This document shows, piece by piece, positions 1-8,342 of a stretch of DNA of 45,920 nucleotides. The stretch is from assembly GCA_945906715.1 (NCBI GenBank), contig CAMDRK010000001.1, forward strand, positions 1-45,920, in the 5' to 3' direction. Positions within the stretch are counted from its first letter, which is position 1. Each line of letters begins with the position of its first letter. The position numbers and the translations under genes are program-made. The notes beneath the pieces are model-generated. The model saw nothing but the letters and a program-made list of their open reading frames with translations, had not been told where the DNA came from and searched no databases. Source of the stretch: Nitrospira lenta (lineage in GTDB: Bacteria; Nitrospirota; Nitrospiria; Nitrospirales; Nitrospiraceae).

Positions 1-854
1 TCGGCCACGGCCTGCATGCTTCCAAGGATCGTCTCCAGCCGCTCGCCCTTTCCCAGTCCTACGCCGACCATGTGGTTCCGGCTCAGGGCTCCGGTGCAGG
101 TCAATACCAAGTCGCCGACGCCGGACAATCCGTAGAATGTTCGTGGATCAGCGCCCATCGCAACGCCCAACCGCACCATTTCCGTTACTCCACGCGTAAT
201 CAACGCAGCCCGCACATTATGACCAAGATCCAATCCATCCACCACGCCGGCTGCAAGTGCCATCACGTTTTTGAGCGCGCCGCCGAGCTGGACGCCCAGC
301 ACATCGTTATCGGCGTATACCCGAAAGGCCGGCGTCATCAGCACGGTCTGGAATGTCTTGACCAGCTCCTCATCACTCCCGGCTAAACAGAGCACCGCCG
401 GCTTCCCTGCACTGACTTCAGTCGCGAAGCTCGGACCGGACAACACCATGAGATCCCGGTGCATAACAGGCGGAAGCACATCGGTCATGACCTGAGTCAT
501 CAAATTCAATGTATCTTCTTCAATCCCCTTCGTCGCACTGACGAACGGGGTCGGGGTGGAAAGGGACTGGACCAACTCGCGCAGCACAGGACGTGCCACG
601 TGGGACGGCACCGCAAAAATCAGCCCTTCGCACCGCTCGGTAAGTTCCGACAACGATCTGGTCGCAACGAGCGATGGGGGAAGCGCTACACCGGAGAGGA
701 AGACCGGATTCTCGTGTTTCCCATTGATCGCAGCTACGACCTCTCGCTCATAGGCCCAGAGCCGAGTTTCAAGGCCTTTCTCCGCCAGATGTTTCGCCAG
801 GGCCGTACCCCAGGCACCGGCCCCGATGACTCCTATTCGGCTGATAGTCTGCAT
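1..854 (-). CDS. gpsA: NAD(P)H-dependent glycerol-3-phosphate dehydrogenase, 3' end cut by window edge
   Basis: Absent from the ORF track because it has no stop inside the window. My reverse translation from ATG 854 reads [40 protein letters not shown] (GxGxxG Rossmann start). It stays open to nt 1 through ...[47 protein letters not shown]. The + strand ORFs 72-929 are antisense shadows. Confidence 0.9.
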   Translation of the reverse strand, partial: [284 protein letters not shown]

Positions 855-881
855 GCAGTGAATCCTAGCAGGAGGCTAAAA

Positions 882-1000
882 CTGGTTCATCTGGTTGGTC
901 TGGTTGCTCTGGTTTGTTTATCTGGTTGATTTGGTTCTTCTGGTTTAGCTGGTTGGTCCGGTTCAACCAAATGAACGAAAAAAACCAAACAAACCAAAGC
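882..1000. repeat. periodic-repeat hairpin, CTGGTTnnn about 9-nt units (nonamer family)
   Basis: The left arm holds about 9-10 CTGGTT units (882-966). The shorter right arm is AACCAAA-rich (966-1000). Lies between divergent gpsA and the zinc-ribbon gene. Confidence 0.8.
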
Positions 1001-1143
1001 ACCCAGTCAAGAGCAGGCGGATTATAGGAACCGCTTCTTTCACCTGTCAATGAACGAGAGGCGGTCCTTGCAATCCATCACGACATGAGAGACTCCACTG
1101 CGCTAGCAAACCGACGCACTTCCGTGTAGCCTAGGAACGATCT

Positions 1144-1509
1144 ATGAAACTCTGTCCTTCTTGCCGACGTGAGCTCCCGGAGATTAGCCGCTACTGTTCG
1201 CAGTGCGGTCAGCGGCTGCACGCAGACCCAGTTGAACTCCCCACGCCACCTGCGCCACCTGCGCCATCTGGACCGGGACAGCTCAACATCGAAGTGCTGT
1301 ATGGCATGGTGGCAATGCTATCCCTCGCGATCCTCTTCCCACCCTGGGAAACTCCGCCATCACAGGCTCCCGAATTCCTCGGCCTGCATTTCATCTTTTC
1401 GCCTCCCACAGCGGATGCCATCGTGAGCCGGCTGCTGCTGACAATCGAGGTCGTCACCATCGCCATCGCGGGGCTGTATGGATCTTTCTTCTTCCGGCAA
1501 AAACCCTGA
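1144..1509 (+). CDS. small zinc-ribbon (CxxC...CxxC) membrane protein, function unknown
   Basis: N-terminus is MKLCPSCRRELPEISRYCSQCGQ, followed by a Pro-rich linker and two hydrophobic segments. ATG start. The stop abuts a repeat element. Confidence 0.55.
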   Translation: MKLCPSCRRELPEISRYCSQCGQRLHADPVELPTPPAPPAPSGPGQLNIEVLYGMVAMLSLAILFPPWETPPSQAPEFLGLHFIFSPPTADAIVSRLLLTIEVVTIAIAGLYGSFFFRQKP

Positions 1510-1636
1510 GCAGGAAGCTGAAAAAGCCCGCCAGCATCGTTCTCAGTCGCTCGTCTCCCTGCAACGTACCGCAAGGGTACGCTTCGGTCGCCGAACTCCC
1601 TGCGGCCTTGATGGACGGGCTTTTCGAGCATCCTGC
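1510..1636 (+). repeat. 125-nt palindromic element (family P125), full copy
   Basis: GCAGGAAGCTGAAAAAGCCCGCCAGCATCGTTCTC...GTACCGCAAGGGTAC...GGGCTTTTCGAGCATCCTGC. Starts directly after the TGA of CDS 1144-1509. Confidence 0.85.
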
Positions 1637-1770
1637 ACGCGATTATCCTATTGTCCTAGAGTGGGGACCAGTGAACTTTTATCGCATTCACGATGGATGG
1701 TGGACAACGGTGACATTGCGCTCGAGAAGCGCGAGGAGCGAGGCTCGTGAGATTAGGGGGACAGGTGAAT

Positions 1771-1820
1771 AGGCTGAAGACTGAAGGTTGAGGTCCGAAA
1801 TTCCAAACCCTTCAGCCTGG
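1771..1820. repeat. periodic-repeat hairpin, CTGAAGG heptamer type
   Basis: AGGCTGAAGACTGAAGGTTGAGG, a loop, then CCCTTCAGCCTGG. Confidence 0.7.
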
Positions 1821-1969
1821 GCCAGGATGCGGCTTGGAACGTGAGGTTGGTCATGCCAGCGAGCCTCTTGGTTGGCGGCCGGCTTGGTGGCGGAATCGTC
1901 ATAGGTGAGCGGAGCCGCTGCGAGCACAGCATGGATCAGATCTGTCAGAGCCTTACTAAGCCAGTCGTT

Positions 1970-3042
1970 AGTAAAGCCTCATGCGGCCGCATAGGCGCAT
2001 GAGGGTGCGTGAAAGAAACTGCGGACTCGCTGTGGCCGCTGTTGCAGGCTACGCAGGATGCCATGGGCGCGGGCTTTCAACTCCGTCTTCGTCCGGGCTG
2101 CGCCCCGGCCCAGTTTCCCTTTCACGTGCGCCCAGGCCAACTCGTCGGGATTCAGGTCGGGCGAATAGGGCGGCAGCACGTATAGCTCCAGCCGGCCGGC
2201 CTGCGCCGCGACAAACTGCTGCACCCGCTTGGCCTTGTGTGTGGGATGCCCATCCACAATGAGGACGATCTTGCGGGTCATACCGTGGATCAGTCGCCGC
2301 AGGAACTCACAGAAGACCACGGCGGTCACCCGGCGCTCAATGATCATGAAGCGACACTGCCCGTTCGCGTTGACAGCCGAAATCATGTTGAACCCAAATC
2401 GAGCGCCCGTGGTCTTGACCACCGGGGTCGTGCCCTTGAGCCCCCAGGTGGTGCCGGCAGGTGCATCGGAACGCACCCCCGATTCGTCGGCGAAGAAGAT
2501 GGCAGCTCCCTCCTGCTTGGCTTGCGCGACAATCGCGGGATAGGCCTCCGTTCGCCACCGCTTCACGAGGATCGGATCCTGTTGCCAAGCGCGATAGAGG
2601 GGACGCTGGGGGGTGAAACCCAGCCGCCCCATCAGGCGGCCCACTGAGACTTCCGATAGACGCACGCCAAACTGACGCCGGATCACTTCCCGAATGATCG
2701 TCAACGTCCACAGGGCATATTCGAACTGTAATTGCTGGGGCGTCTTCGTGCGTACGATGCGCGCCAGTCTGGCCATCTGCACACCAGTCAGCTTGGTCGG
2801 AGCGCCGGGGATGGGCTTGGCCTTCAACGCGTTCACGCCGCCCGTGTGGTAGGCCGCGAGCCATCGGTAGATCGTCCGCCGGTTGAGCCCCAGGCCAGCT
2901 CCCACGAACTCGGGACTTTCGCCCGCTTCAACCCGCTGCACGGCGCTCCGCCGCACTTGCTCCAGGGCCTGATGGGACAACGTCCGCGCATCGAACGTCT
3001 TCTTACATCGCATGCGTGCATATTAGCACATGAGGCTTTACT
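1970..3042 (-). mobile_element. IS630-family insertion sequence, apparently intact
   Basis: Terminal inverted repeat AGTAAAGCCTCATG (1970-1983) matches CATGAGGCTTTACT (3029-3042). A weaker, gapped match extends to about 1951 and about 3064 (CCTTA..TAAGC). The transposase stop lies inside the left IR. T/TA bases flank the left end, consistent with TA targeting, but the duplication is not clean. Confidence 0.7.
1979..3013 (-). CDS. IS630-family DDE transposase
   Basis: 344 aa with an N-terminal HTH region. The DDE triad context is FADESG ... VDGHPTH ... PPYSPDLNPDE (D,D,35E spacing typical of IS630/Tc1). The ORF is intact. Confidence 0.9.
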   Translation of the reverse strand: MRCKKTFDARTLSHQALEQVRRSAVQRVEAGESPEFVGAGLGLNRRTIYRWLAAYHTGGVNALKAKPIPGAPTKLTGVQMARLARIVRTKTPQQLQFEYALWTLTIIREVIRRQFGVRLSEVSVGRLMGRLGFTPQRPLYRAWQQDPILVKRWRTEAYPAIVAQAKQEGAAIFFADESGVRSDAPAGTTWGLKGTTPVVKTTGARFGFNMISAVNANGQCRFMIIERRVTAVVFCEFLRRLIHGMTRKIVLIVDGHPTHKAKRVQQFVAAQAGRLELYVLPPYSPDLNPDELAWAHVKGKLGRGAARTKTELKARAHGILRSLQQRPQRVRSFFHAPSCAYAAA

Positions 3043-3097
3043 TGTGTATAGCTTAATAAATAAGGAGATTGGGCAGGCTGACGGCCAATGATTCGCT

Positions 3098-3907
3098 TTA
3101 GTCGAGGGCCAGCGTCAGACACTTCGCCGAGCCGCCCGATTTCATGAATTCATCGAGCGGGACTGGATGGGGAAGGTAGCCGCGCGAGGCCAACAGAAAT
3201 GCTGTTTCCGGACAACCTGCCGGCAACACGAGGTGTTTTCCGACACAGACAGCATTACAGGCAAACCTGAGAGCCTCAGCTTCCGGCGGCACGAGACGTC
3301 TGGCAGGGGCAATCCGTTCAGCAAGAACCTCCTGCCCATAGCGATCGAAAGCGGGAGGGAAATACAGGAGATCACCACCGCTCAAGGGGCACAAACAGGT
3401 ATCGAGGTGATAGAACCGATTGTCGACCAGTTCGAGGGGAATAATCTCTCGATGAAACCAGTCGCTGAGCGTCGAGTAGACACGAATATCCGATCGTTGT
3501 CGGTAACCTCCAAACCAGATGTCGGGAAATCCCAAGAGGTCGCCGGCCCCCTCGAAGAAGCTGCCAGGATCCAGCGTGACGACTTCGTACCCTTGCGCAC
3601 GAAACCAGTCCGCAAAGTAGACCTCTTCCTTCTGCCGTTCGACATAACGGAAACGGCTTGGCACCGCTTTGCCTCCAGCGACGATGCCGGCATTCGCTGT
3701 GAACACCAGGTCGGGCAGTCCCGGCACCGGTTTCATCCGCTCCAGAATCGCGCCGACATCCTGTTCGAGCACTTGCATAAGATGGTGCCACTGGCGGATG
3801 GCCTCATCCGAGTTGACGGCATTTGAACGGCGCATCCAGGGGTTAATCTCGTATTCGATTTTGAAGTAGTCCGGTGGGCAAACGAGCAGGCGACTCATGG
3901 CCTCCAC
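3098..3907 (-). CDS. amidinotransferase-fold (guanidino-group-modifying) enzyme, arginine dihydrolase-like
   Basis: 269 aa. Starts LLVCPPDYFKIEYEINPWM, contains HLDTC, and ends GGSAKCLTLALD with the catalytic-type Cys about 7 residues from the C-terminus, as in this superfamily. Lies next to a LOR/SDH gene. Confidence 0.8.
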   Translation of the reverse strand: MEAMSRLLVCPPDYFKIEYEINPWMRRSNAVNSDEAIRQWHHLMQVLEQDVGAILERMKPVPGLPDLVFTANAGIVAGGKAVPSRFRYVERQKEEVYFADWFRAQGYEVVTLDPGSFFEGAGDLLGFPDIWFGGYRQRSDIRVYSTLSDWFHREIIPLELVDNRFYHLDTCLCPLSGGDLLYFPPAFDRYGQEVLAERIAPARRLVPPEAEALRFACNAVCVGKHLVLPAGCPETAFLLASRGYLPHPVPLDEFMKSGGSAKCLTLALD

Positions 3908-3917
3908 CCCGGCAACC

Positions 3918-4015
3918 CGTGAGACGTAAAACGTGAAACGTGAAACGTAGGACTATCAAGTGCCCGCCTTCCCGAGAAATCTTTACATTTCACGTTTCAC
4001 CTTTTACCTTTCACG
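3918..4015. repeat. periodic-repeat hairpin, GTGAAAC heptamer type
   Basis: CGTGAGACGTAAAACGTGAAACGTGAAACGTAGG, a loop of about 30 nt, then CTTTACATTTCACGTTTCACCTTTTACCTTTCACG. The right arm contains the stop of CDS 4004-5263. Confidence 0.85.
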
Positions 4016-5263
4016 CATCGTTGAGCATCCTGCGAGCTCACGCGCCAGCTCGCGGAGGAACGACGCGGCGTCCATGACCAGCCCGACAGCCTGAAAACTT
4101 CCTCGATCTGCAAGTTTCGTCGGGACAGCTGGATTGACATCGACGCAGACGGATGGGATCGTAGCAGGCAACAAATTACCCGTCGCCACCGCGTGCAGCG
4201 TCGAGGCGACGAGCAAAGCCATTCCGATACCGGGGATTGCCTCCCGCATGGCTGCCTGGGCTTCCAGTGAATCCGTAATCACGCCAGGCAATGGGCCGTC
4301 ATCGCGAATCGTACCGGCCATGACGACCTGGACACCCCGTCTGACACAGGCCGCCATAATTCCGGTCTTGATGACTCCTGACTTGACCGCTGCTTCGAAG
4401 CTGCCGATGGCCCTGATCCGATTAATGGTTCGCAGATGGTGTTCATGCCCATGCGGCACAACGCGGCCAGCCGCATGCCCGTAGCCGAGGGACGTGCCAT
4501 AGAGATCGACTTCCATATCATGAGCCGGCAGCGCATTCCCGCAGAACAAGACATGGATGAATTCTTCATCTATGAGCCATGCCAGAGCCTCGCGCCCACC
4601 GGCGTGAACGATCGCCGGGCCTCCCGCAAGCAGCACCTTGTTGCCGGCTTTCCCCTCACGGAATCCTATTCGCAACTGCACGAGACGCTTGGCGATGTCG
4701 CCGATGACGCGCCCATGAGGACGTTCGGATGAGACCTGCGATTCCATGAAGCTGAATACGTCGCGGTTACGTGGCCGTTGGAGCGGGATGACCCGCACAC
4801 CCTCACGGCCGATCACAACCTGATCTCCCTGCTTCACCTCTCCCATCGGAACAGTCCTCGCAGTCAGACGAACCGGGTACACGAGAATTCCCAGATCCAT
4901 CTCGATTCCCTCCACCTCCACCCACTGGTCACGCACTCGCACCTGGGTGGGTAAATGGGTGGTCGCGTAGAACTCCTCTGGAAAGATACCCTCCGCCGGC
5001 GCCGCCGCCAGCCGGCAATCCCGTTCATTCTCGACTGACGCACCGTGAGGTTGAATGGCATGAAGAATCTCGCTGAGCAGTTTCGCAGAGGAAGCCTGTA
5101 CCATGACTCTAGCCCGCGACGGCTCCTCGCGGGTCTTGCCAATCTGCATATCTTGAAGATCGAATGTTCCTCCCATCATCAAAATCGTGTCCAGCACCTT
5201 CGCCAGGATCAACGAGTCGATGATATGCCCTTGGAGTAGGACGGTTTCTTGATCATGTAACAT
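4004..5263 (-). CDS. LOR/SDH-domain protein (TIGR00300-like; ornithine cyclodeaminase-type domain of ArgZ/AgrE)
   Basis: 419 aa. N-terminus is LLQGHIIDSLILAKVLDTILMMGGTFDLQDMQIGK. The long C-terminal region carries GGPAIVHAGG and CGNALPAHDME. The family call is from memory of the LOR/SDH family, not from a search. Confidence 0.7.
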   Translation of the reverse strand: MLHDQETVLLQGHIIDSLILAKVLDTILMMGGTFDLQDMQIGKTREEPSRARVMVQASSAKLLSEILHAIQPHGASVENERDCRLAAAPAEGIFPEEFYATTHLPTQVRVRDQWVEVEGIEMDLGILVYPVRLTARTVPMGEVKQGDQVVIGREGVRVIPLQRPRNRDVFSFMESQVSSERPHGRVIGDIAKRLVQLRIGFREGKAGNKVLLAGGPAIVHAGGREALAWLIDEEFIHVLFCGNALPAHDMEVDLYGTSLGYGHAAGRVVPHGHEHHLRTINRIRAIGSFEAAVKSGVIKTGIMAACVRRGVQVVMAGTIRDDGPLPGVITDSLEAQAAMREAIPGIGMALLVASTLHAVATGNLLPATIPSVCVDVNPAVPTKLADRGSFQAVGLVMDAASFLRELARELAGCSTMRER

Positions 5264-5370
5264 ACGTCAACCTCCCACTCTTCTATGGATAGGCTCCGCA
5301 CAGATTCTACCACCCAATTCAATCGCTGCCGATCTCCGGCGGTGAAGAACTCGCAAAGCGCTCAACCATG

Positions 5371-5477
5371 TACAAGCTGCTCAAAATGGCCGCCCAACAA
5401 GGCCGCAGGCGAAAAGAAACCGGAGGCGTAGCCTCTCGGCTACGTTGAGGATTTGTTCGAGTCGAGAACGACGCTAT
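5371..5477 (-). repeat. P125 element, inverted orientation, one terminus missing
   Basis: ..AAGCTGCTCAAAATGGCCGCCCAACAAGGCCGCAGGCGA...GTAGCCTCTCGGCTAC.... It ends abruptly where the next copy starts. Confidence 0.8.
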
Positions 5478-5603
5478 GCAGGCTGCTCAAAATGCTCCGA
5501 TAGCAAGGCCGCAGGCGAGTGAACACCGGAGGCGTACCCTCTGGGTACGCTGAGGATTTTCACGACCCGAGAACGAAGCTAGCGGACATTTTCAGCAGCC
5601 TGC
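5478..5603 (-). repeat. P125 element, inverted orientation, full copy
   Basis: GCAGGCTGCTCAAAATGCTCC...GTACCCTCTGGGTAC...GGACATTTTCAGCAGCCTGC. It contains the last 8 sense codons and the TAG of truD. Confidence 0.85.
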
Positions 5604-6628
5604 GAGTCGGTCTTCATGAGTTCGCGAAGTACGCTGGTCGCATAAGCGCCGGGTGGGAGCGAAAAAGAAAGCGTGAGCACAGTGCCTTCCAGAGCCCACT
5701 CCAAATCGGCAAGGGGGATTCGGAACGAGCGCCGTTCACCGCGAAACCCGCAGGACTTCGCGGCTTCGGTAAGACCCTCCGGTGTCGCCCCGCTCTCGAC
5801 AACCACAGCCCGTTCGATTTCACCCGGTTCCCCGCTGGCCCATGAGGCGCGTGATCCGAACAAGATACCGGTGGGACTGATTTCGAACCGGTCGGCCCGT
5901 GGCTGTTCCGCCGCGGCATCCTCAACCAGAAAACAGGCGCCGTTCTCCATCTTCATAGCCCAGTCTCCAACCAGGATACGATCGAGTCGATCCAGGCGTC
6001 GGGCCAACATGTCATTAAAGAAATGCGATTGATAGGCGTTGAGGTACCACATGCGCTTGGACCGGCTCAGCCTGTTTCGACGAGCAGAGTCCACCAGGAG
6101 TTCGGCACCAGTCTGGTAATTCTGTCCGCTCCGCCCTTGCCGTTGCGGGCCGAAATAGTTCGGCACGCCTCGTTGCACCAATATGTCCGTGACCAGGGGC
6201 ACCGTCTCACGAGCGTGCGGGGCGACATCCCGAATCACCAACCGAAAGTGATTGCCTGCATGGTGCCCAGGGCGCAAGCGATTACGATGCCAGCCCAGCA
6301 CCTCCACAGACAAGAGCTGCTCGTCCAATTTCAGCCGTTCCAGCCGTTCAGGCGGGACGCCGAGAAGTGAGATCATCTGTGTGGTCACAGCCCGGGCGTC
6401 TTTGAGACCTGCTACTCCGATCGCTTGCGCTTTCATCCCCAAGACCGAAGACAGTCGCAGGACGAGATCCGGAGTCGAGATCAGACGTTTTCTAATTTTA
6501 ATGTAGAGATGCTCACCCTCTCCGCAAGGAAGATAGAGCGGACGTTCTTCGACCTGGAAGTCTTCCGGAACAGTCCGCATCTGTCCGCCAATGCCTGGCA
6601 GTGCCGCTGTCAAATAAGGCATGGTCAT
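5579..6628 (-). CDS. truD: tRNA pseudouridine(13) synthase TruD
   Basis: Contains MTMPYLTAALPGIGGQMRTVPEDFQVEE...GLKDARAVTTQ, and the FGPQRQG motif region is present. Start chosen at ATG 6628 (ATG 6622 is also possible). The track start at 6682 is an alternative-codon extension. Confidence 0.85.
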   Translation of the reverse strand: MTMPYLTAALPGIGGQMRTVPEDFQVEERPLYLPCGEGEHLYIKIRKRLISTPDLVLRLSSVLGMKAQAIGVAGLKDARAVTTQMISLLGVPPERLERLKLDEQLLSVEVLGWHRNRLRPGHHAGNHFRLVIRDVAPHARETVPLVTDILVQRGVPNYFGPQRQGRSGQNYQTGAELLVDSARRNRLSRSKRMWYLNAYQSHFFNDMLARRLDRLDRILVGDWAMKMENGACFLVEDAAAEQPRADRFEISPTGILFGSRASWASGEPGEIERAVVVESGATPEGLTEAAKSCGFRGERRSFRIPLADLEWALEGTVLTLSFSLPPGAYATSVLRELMKTDSQAAENVR

Positions 6629-6723
6629 GGTGCAAGAGACCTCTTCTTCATTCGCACGTGATCGCCCTCGCCACTCAGTCAATCTCGATAGGGGTCAAGC
6701 GACGTGCATGGTATACTTTCTCC

Positions 6724-7401
6724 ATGGTTTTTGGCCAAGCCTCCAACCCAAATATCTGTTCCAAGCATCATGCACTGATACGCGGTCGGCCTGATACACC
6801 GCTGTTAGCGGCAGGGATGTTCCTCACTGTATTAACATATGGTCTCTTCCCTGGGGACTCGTTGGGTAGAGAGAGCACGGTCTTTCAACAGTTCACCCGG
6901 CACATCGACCGGCAGATCCATACAGACAAACAGGCCTTTGCCCAAGCGAACCGCTGTGTCTCGTGGTTTTACAGAGAGAAAAAGGCCCCTCCTCCGTCCG
7001 CACAAGGAATCAGCTGGAATGCCATTCCTGCGTCCCAGTCCGAGATGGATTGCCTTCATGCCTATCCAAACGGGATGGACGGTGCGCGCGATGACTTTGC
7101 CAAGACACAGACTATTCTTGCGGTCAGTCTGACCTTCTACGAATTCGCCTTGGTTGCCGACCGGAATGACGATGCAATCTACAATCCCACAGAAATCACA
7201 GATTTGCTCCGCTCCCTCTCCCTCTCGTACTATGATGGAGAACCACCCTCAAAGCAGGTCACGGCACTCACGGAACAATTCGACAACTGGCACCGCAGCC
7301 GCAACATGGACGCCTTAATGCAAGGCATGAGCGATCTCTATGCACGAGGCTATCGCGTAACCCCATCCGATCGCGTTGAGCTGGATCGGGTGATGGGATG
7401 A
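6724..7401 (+). CDS. hypothetical protein with one EF-hand-like loop
   Basis: Start moved to ATG 6724 to clear truD. It overlaps the next gene by 4 nt (ATGA). Contains DRNDDAIYNPTE, which resembles a 12-residue Ca-binding loop. Confidence 0.5.
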   Translation: MVFGQASNPNICSKHHALIRGRPDTPLLAAGMFLTVLTYGLFPGDSLGRESTVFQQFTRHIDRQIHTDKQAFAQANRCVSWFYREKKAPPPSAQGISWNAIPASQSEMDCLHAYPNGMDGARDDFAKTQTILAVSLTFYEFALVADRNDDAIYNPTEITDLLRSLSLSYYDGEPPSKQVTALTEQFDNWHRSRNMDALMQGMSDLYARGYRVTPSDRVELDRVMG

Positions 7402-8252
7402 CCAGGCACGAGAAATCCTGGCCCGATCAAGCCCGTTCCTTTATCGGATATTGTCTGAGCGAACCTCTCTACCGGCTCTTTAGTCTCGTTCCCGACTGGG
7501 AAGTGGGACTTTCCAGACACGAGATTTCACAACTCAGCTACGCTCACAACCCTTTGGCCGGTCGACGAGCCGTTCATCTGAGCGATCTGCATCTCGATCG
7601 TTATCTGCCACGGCACGATCGCATCGTCGCCACCGTCGGCGAGCTCCGACCCGACTGGATCTTTATCACCGGCGACCTGCTCAACGTGCCGGAGGGTCTA
7701 CCCCATGTATTTCGATTTCTCGCCGGCTTGCGCACAATTGCGCCGGTCTTCGTTACGTTGGGCAACCATGACCATTACAGCGGCGTGCCGATCGATCGAT
7801 ATTGCGAACTCGCCGATCGCCACAAGATCACCCTCTTGATCAATCAGACTACCTTCATTTCCACAGACGGCGGCGAGATCGCCATTGTCGGCGTCGACGA
7901 TCCCTCATTGCATCGGGCCGACTTGCGCTGCCTCCCGCCTCGCGCAAAGGACAGATACGTCCTCTTGCTGGCCCATGCGCCGAACATCCTCGACCAGCTG
8001 GAAGACCACCACTCCGTCGATCTGATCCTCTGCGGGCACAGTCACGGAGGCCAGTGGCGCATACCGGGCGTACCGACGTTCTGGCTCCCGCCCGGATGCA
8101 ATGGGCGGATCGATGGACATCACGGAAAGCCTGGCCGCCAGCTCTATGTCAATCGTGGGCTCGGATGGTCGTTTCTTCCGCTGCGGTGGAATTGCACACC
8201 GGAAATCGCCTGCGTTGAATGGGTCAACGAACAGGCTCACCCAGCAGGCTGA
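7398..8252 (+). CDS. calcineurin-like metallophosphoesterase
   Basis: All four motifs are present: LSDLHLD, ITGDLLN, TLGNHD and CGHSHGGQ. Confidence 0.85.
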   Translation: MTRHEKSWPDQARSFIGYCLSEPLYRLFSLVPDWEVGLSRHEISQLSYAHNPLAGRRAVHLSDLHLDRYLPRHDRIVATVGELRPDWIFITGDLLNVPEGLPHVFRFLAGLRTIAPVFVTLGNHDHYSGVPIDRYCELADRHKITLLINQTTFISTDGGEIAIVGVDDPSLHRADLRCLPPRAKDRYVLLLAHAPNILDQLEDHHSVDLILCGHSHGGQWRIPGVPTFWLPPGCNGRIDGHHGKPGRQLYVNRGLGWSFLPLRWNCTPEIACVEWVNEQAHPAG

Positions 8253-8316
8253 AGGCCGAAGGCCGGGATTCGAAAGTTCGAACACTTCAGCCTTCGGTCT
8301 TCAGCCTACAGCCTGC
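8244..8316. repeat. periodic-repeat hairpin, CTGAAGG heptamer type
   Basis: GCAGGCTGAAGGCCGAAGGCCGGG, a loop, then TTCAGCCTTCGGTCTTCAGCCTACAGCCTGC. Lies between convergent genes. The TGA of the phosphoesterase is in the left arm. Confidence 0.85.
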
Positions 8317-8342
8317 TTCGCCTATTCGAAACGATTCCATAA

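Noticed and set aside
72-929. Several + strand ORFs of 65-156 aa (72-386, 271-495, 459-929, 556-753)
   Set aside because: They lie antisense to a continuous, well-conserved gpsA reading frame on the minus strand. Their peptides are Arg/Ser/His-rich with no motifs, typical of shadow ORFs in GC-rich DNA.
865-1050. ORFs encoding low-complexity peptides such as NQLNQKNQINQINKPEQPDQPDEP, LVCLVYLVCLACLVYLV and PDRPNRPDRPNRPDRP (also 15226-15426, 23545-23736, 23846-24232, 25553-25987, 11691-11942)
   Set aside because: These are simply translations of the 9-nt periodic hairpin arms. The 3-residue periodicity mirrors the nonamer DNA repeat, and they have no start context.
1688-1927. 79-aa minus-strand ORF next to the IS, considered as a gene fragment disrupted by the IS630 insertion
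   Set aside because: The frame runs through the heptamer hairpin (1771-1820). The other side of the IS has only about 55 nt before the next gene, so there is no matching upstream half, and no family is recognisable.
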